A stretch of 64,000 nt of DNA, taken from NCBI RefSeq assembly GCF_028641065.1, contig NW_026576497.1, positions 1 to 64,000 on the forward strand. The letters are read 5' to 3'. Position numbers and translations under genes: made by a program. Shown one piece after another: positions 62,223-64,000 of the stretch. Below the pieces are notes generated by a model. It ran no database searches, was not told the DNA's origin, and worked only from the letters and a program-made list of their open reading frames with translations. How positions within the stretch are numbered: the first letter of the stretch is position 1; each line of letters starts with the position of its first letter. The stretch comes from Leucoraja erinacea. Its lineage: Eukaryota.

Positions 62223-62790
62223 TGGAGTATTGCGTACAGTTTTGTTCTCCAAATCTAAGGAAGGACATTATTGCCATAGAGGGAGTGCAGAGAAGGTTCA
62301 CCAGACTGATTCCTGGGATGTCAGGACTGTCTTATGAAGAAAGACTAGACAGACTTGGTTTATACTCTCTAGAATTTAGGAGATCGAGAGGGGATCTTAT
62401 AGGAACGTACAACATTCTTAAGGGGTTGGACAGGCTAGATGCAGGAAGATTGTTCCCGATGTTGGGGAAGTCCAGGACAAGGGGTCACAGCTTAAGGATA
62501 CGGGGGAAATCCTTTAAAACCGAGATGAGAAGAACTTTTTTCACACACAGAGTGGTGAATCTCTGGAACTCTCTGCCGCAGAGGGTAGTCGAGGCCACAG
62601 TTCATTGGCTATATTTAAGAGGGAGTTAGATGTGGCCCTTGTGGCTAAGGGGATCAGAGGGGATGGAGAGAAGGCAGGTACGGGATACTGAGTTGGATGA
62701 TCAGCCATGATCATATTGAATGGCGGTGCAGGCTCGAAGGGCCGAATGGCCTACTCCTGTACCTAATTTCTATGTTGCTATGTTTCTATG
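62223..62790 (+). mobile_element. CR1 3' fragment
   Basis: RT C-terminal ORF and tail. Confidence 0.9.
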
Positions 62791-63734
62791 CCCTGCTGGA
62801 CATAAAATGTCCACAACATTTCCCTCATCAACTAGTGCATATATCATAGGATTTTTCTGGAGGCCTCTTATAAAGAGACGTACGTTATCCTCCCTCCATC
62901 GTGCCGGCGAAACACAGCGAACCAGGCAGCATCTCATAGATGGATGAGGTTTTGGGTAAGGACCATTCTACAGACCGATTGTGGTGGTGGTGGGGCTGGG
63001 ACTGAGGGGAGAGAAGGCTGGAAGGAGCTTCACAATTACCGGCTGTTTACTCCTTTTTGTGTCAGGGCTTTTGTCTTTTCAACTCTGGGCTTGCTCCAAC
63101 TAGTTGCCTATCAACGCCCCTTCTCTCCTGTGTCCCCTTAGATATGGCCAGGCTTTGAGATAACCCCCCTATCTTTCGACTGATAACCTCTACCCCCTCA
63201 CCGCAATCATTCTGAAGAACTGCCCCGAACTGAAACTCCATCCATGTTCTCCAGAAATTCTACCTGACCCGTTGAGTTACTCCAGCATTCTGTGCATTAT
63301 TTTTTTGTATTCCAGCATCTGCAGTTTTGTCAGTTTCCCAACAATAATTTGCTGTTGTTATTCTGATAGTCAACGCCAATGTAGATGGTGAATTGGTGCG
63401 AAAATGGATACAAACTGAAGAGCGTACCATTTAGTATGTTCAAACGGTGATATATATTCTGTTCCTGGGGCTCGGGGGGGATCGAGTGATACGTGGAAGA
63501 AGGGGGATAGGGGATTGAATTGGGGCAATCGGCCGTGATCAAATAAAAATGCGGAATCAGCATGTCGTGCCGAAAGTCCCAGAATGCTCCGATTAACCGC
63601 GTTCTGGGGAAACTGATCCGAAAAACATTATTCATACCTGAAGAGTCGAGAGGCTGAAGAATGGTCTCGAGCCGAAACGTCACCCATTCCTTCTCCTCAG
63701 AGATGCTGCCTGGCCCGCCGAGTTATTCCAGCAT

Positions 63735-64000
63735 AGCTTTCATAGCAAAAGGATTCCAGCTAGCTTTCATAGCAAAATGATTTGAGTATAGGAGCAGAGA
63801 GGTTCTACTGCAGTTGTACAGGGTCTTGGTGAGACCACACCTGGAGTATTATGTACAGTTTTGGTCTCCAAATCTGAGCAAGAACATTATTGCCATAGAG
63901 GGAGTGCAGAGAAGGTTCACCAGACTGATTCCTGGGATGTCAGGACTGTCTTATGAAGAAAGACTGGATAGACTTGGTTTATACTCTCTAGAATTTAGGA
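63735..64000 (+). mobile_element. CR1 fragment running off the window
   Basis: RT C-terminal remnant. Confidence 0.88.

Noticed and set aside
405-63683. Many short recurrent ORFs (MIMADHPTQY..., MAVQARRAEW..., ...RLDAGRLFPMLG...)
   Set aside because: Sense and antisense translations of CR1 3' fragments, not host genes.

Overview
Vertebrate genomic DNA, most likely from a cartilaginous fish such as a skate or ray (inferred from the elasmobranch-type CR1 LINE tails (CTATGTTT)n, V-SINEs and Penelope fragments). The window is part of a T-cell receptor alpha/delta-type V-segment array. All V segments are on the minus strand: three intact leader+V+23-RSS genes (V exons 5321-5624, 54101-54410, 59324-59633), one frameshifted copy with a damaged RSS (8302-8606) and one promoter/leader-only remnant (9862-9875). 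Four two-exon GPR139/GPR142-like class A GPCR genes are interleaved with them. Gene A has only exon 1 in the window (1647-1716, minus); B (13579-16362, plus), C (26747-32145, plus) and D (48810-45398, minus) are complete with open frames. The order is GPCR-A, V, V-psi, V-remnant, GPCR-B, tRNA-Thr(CGT) pseudogene, GPCR-C, GPCR-D, V, V. Much of the rest is transposon-derived: about 30 CR1 fragments, one near-full-length nested CR1, L1/Tx1, L2, Rex1/Babar, Penelope with hammerhead-like motifs, V-SINEs and Harbinger-like MITEs. The main candidate for an undescribed system is an expanded receptor family embedded in a RAG-rearranging locus, whose copy number in each T cell could depend on which V segment is used. 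All calls were made by eye; no database searches were run.
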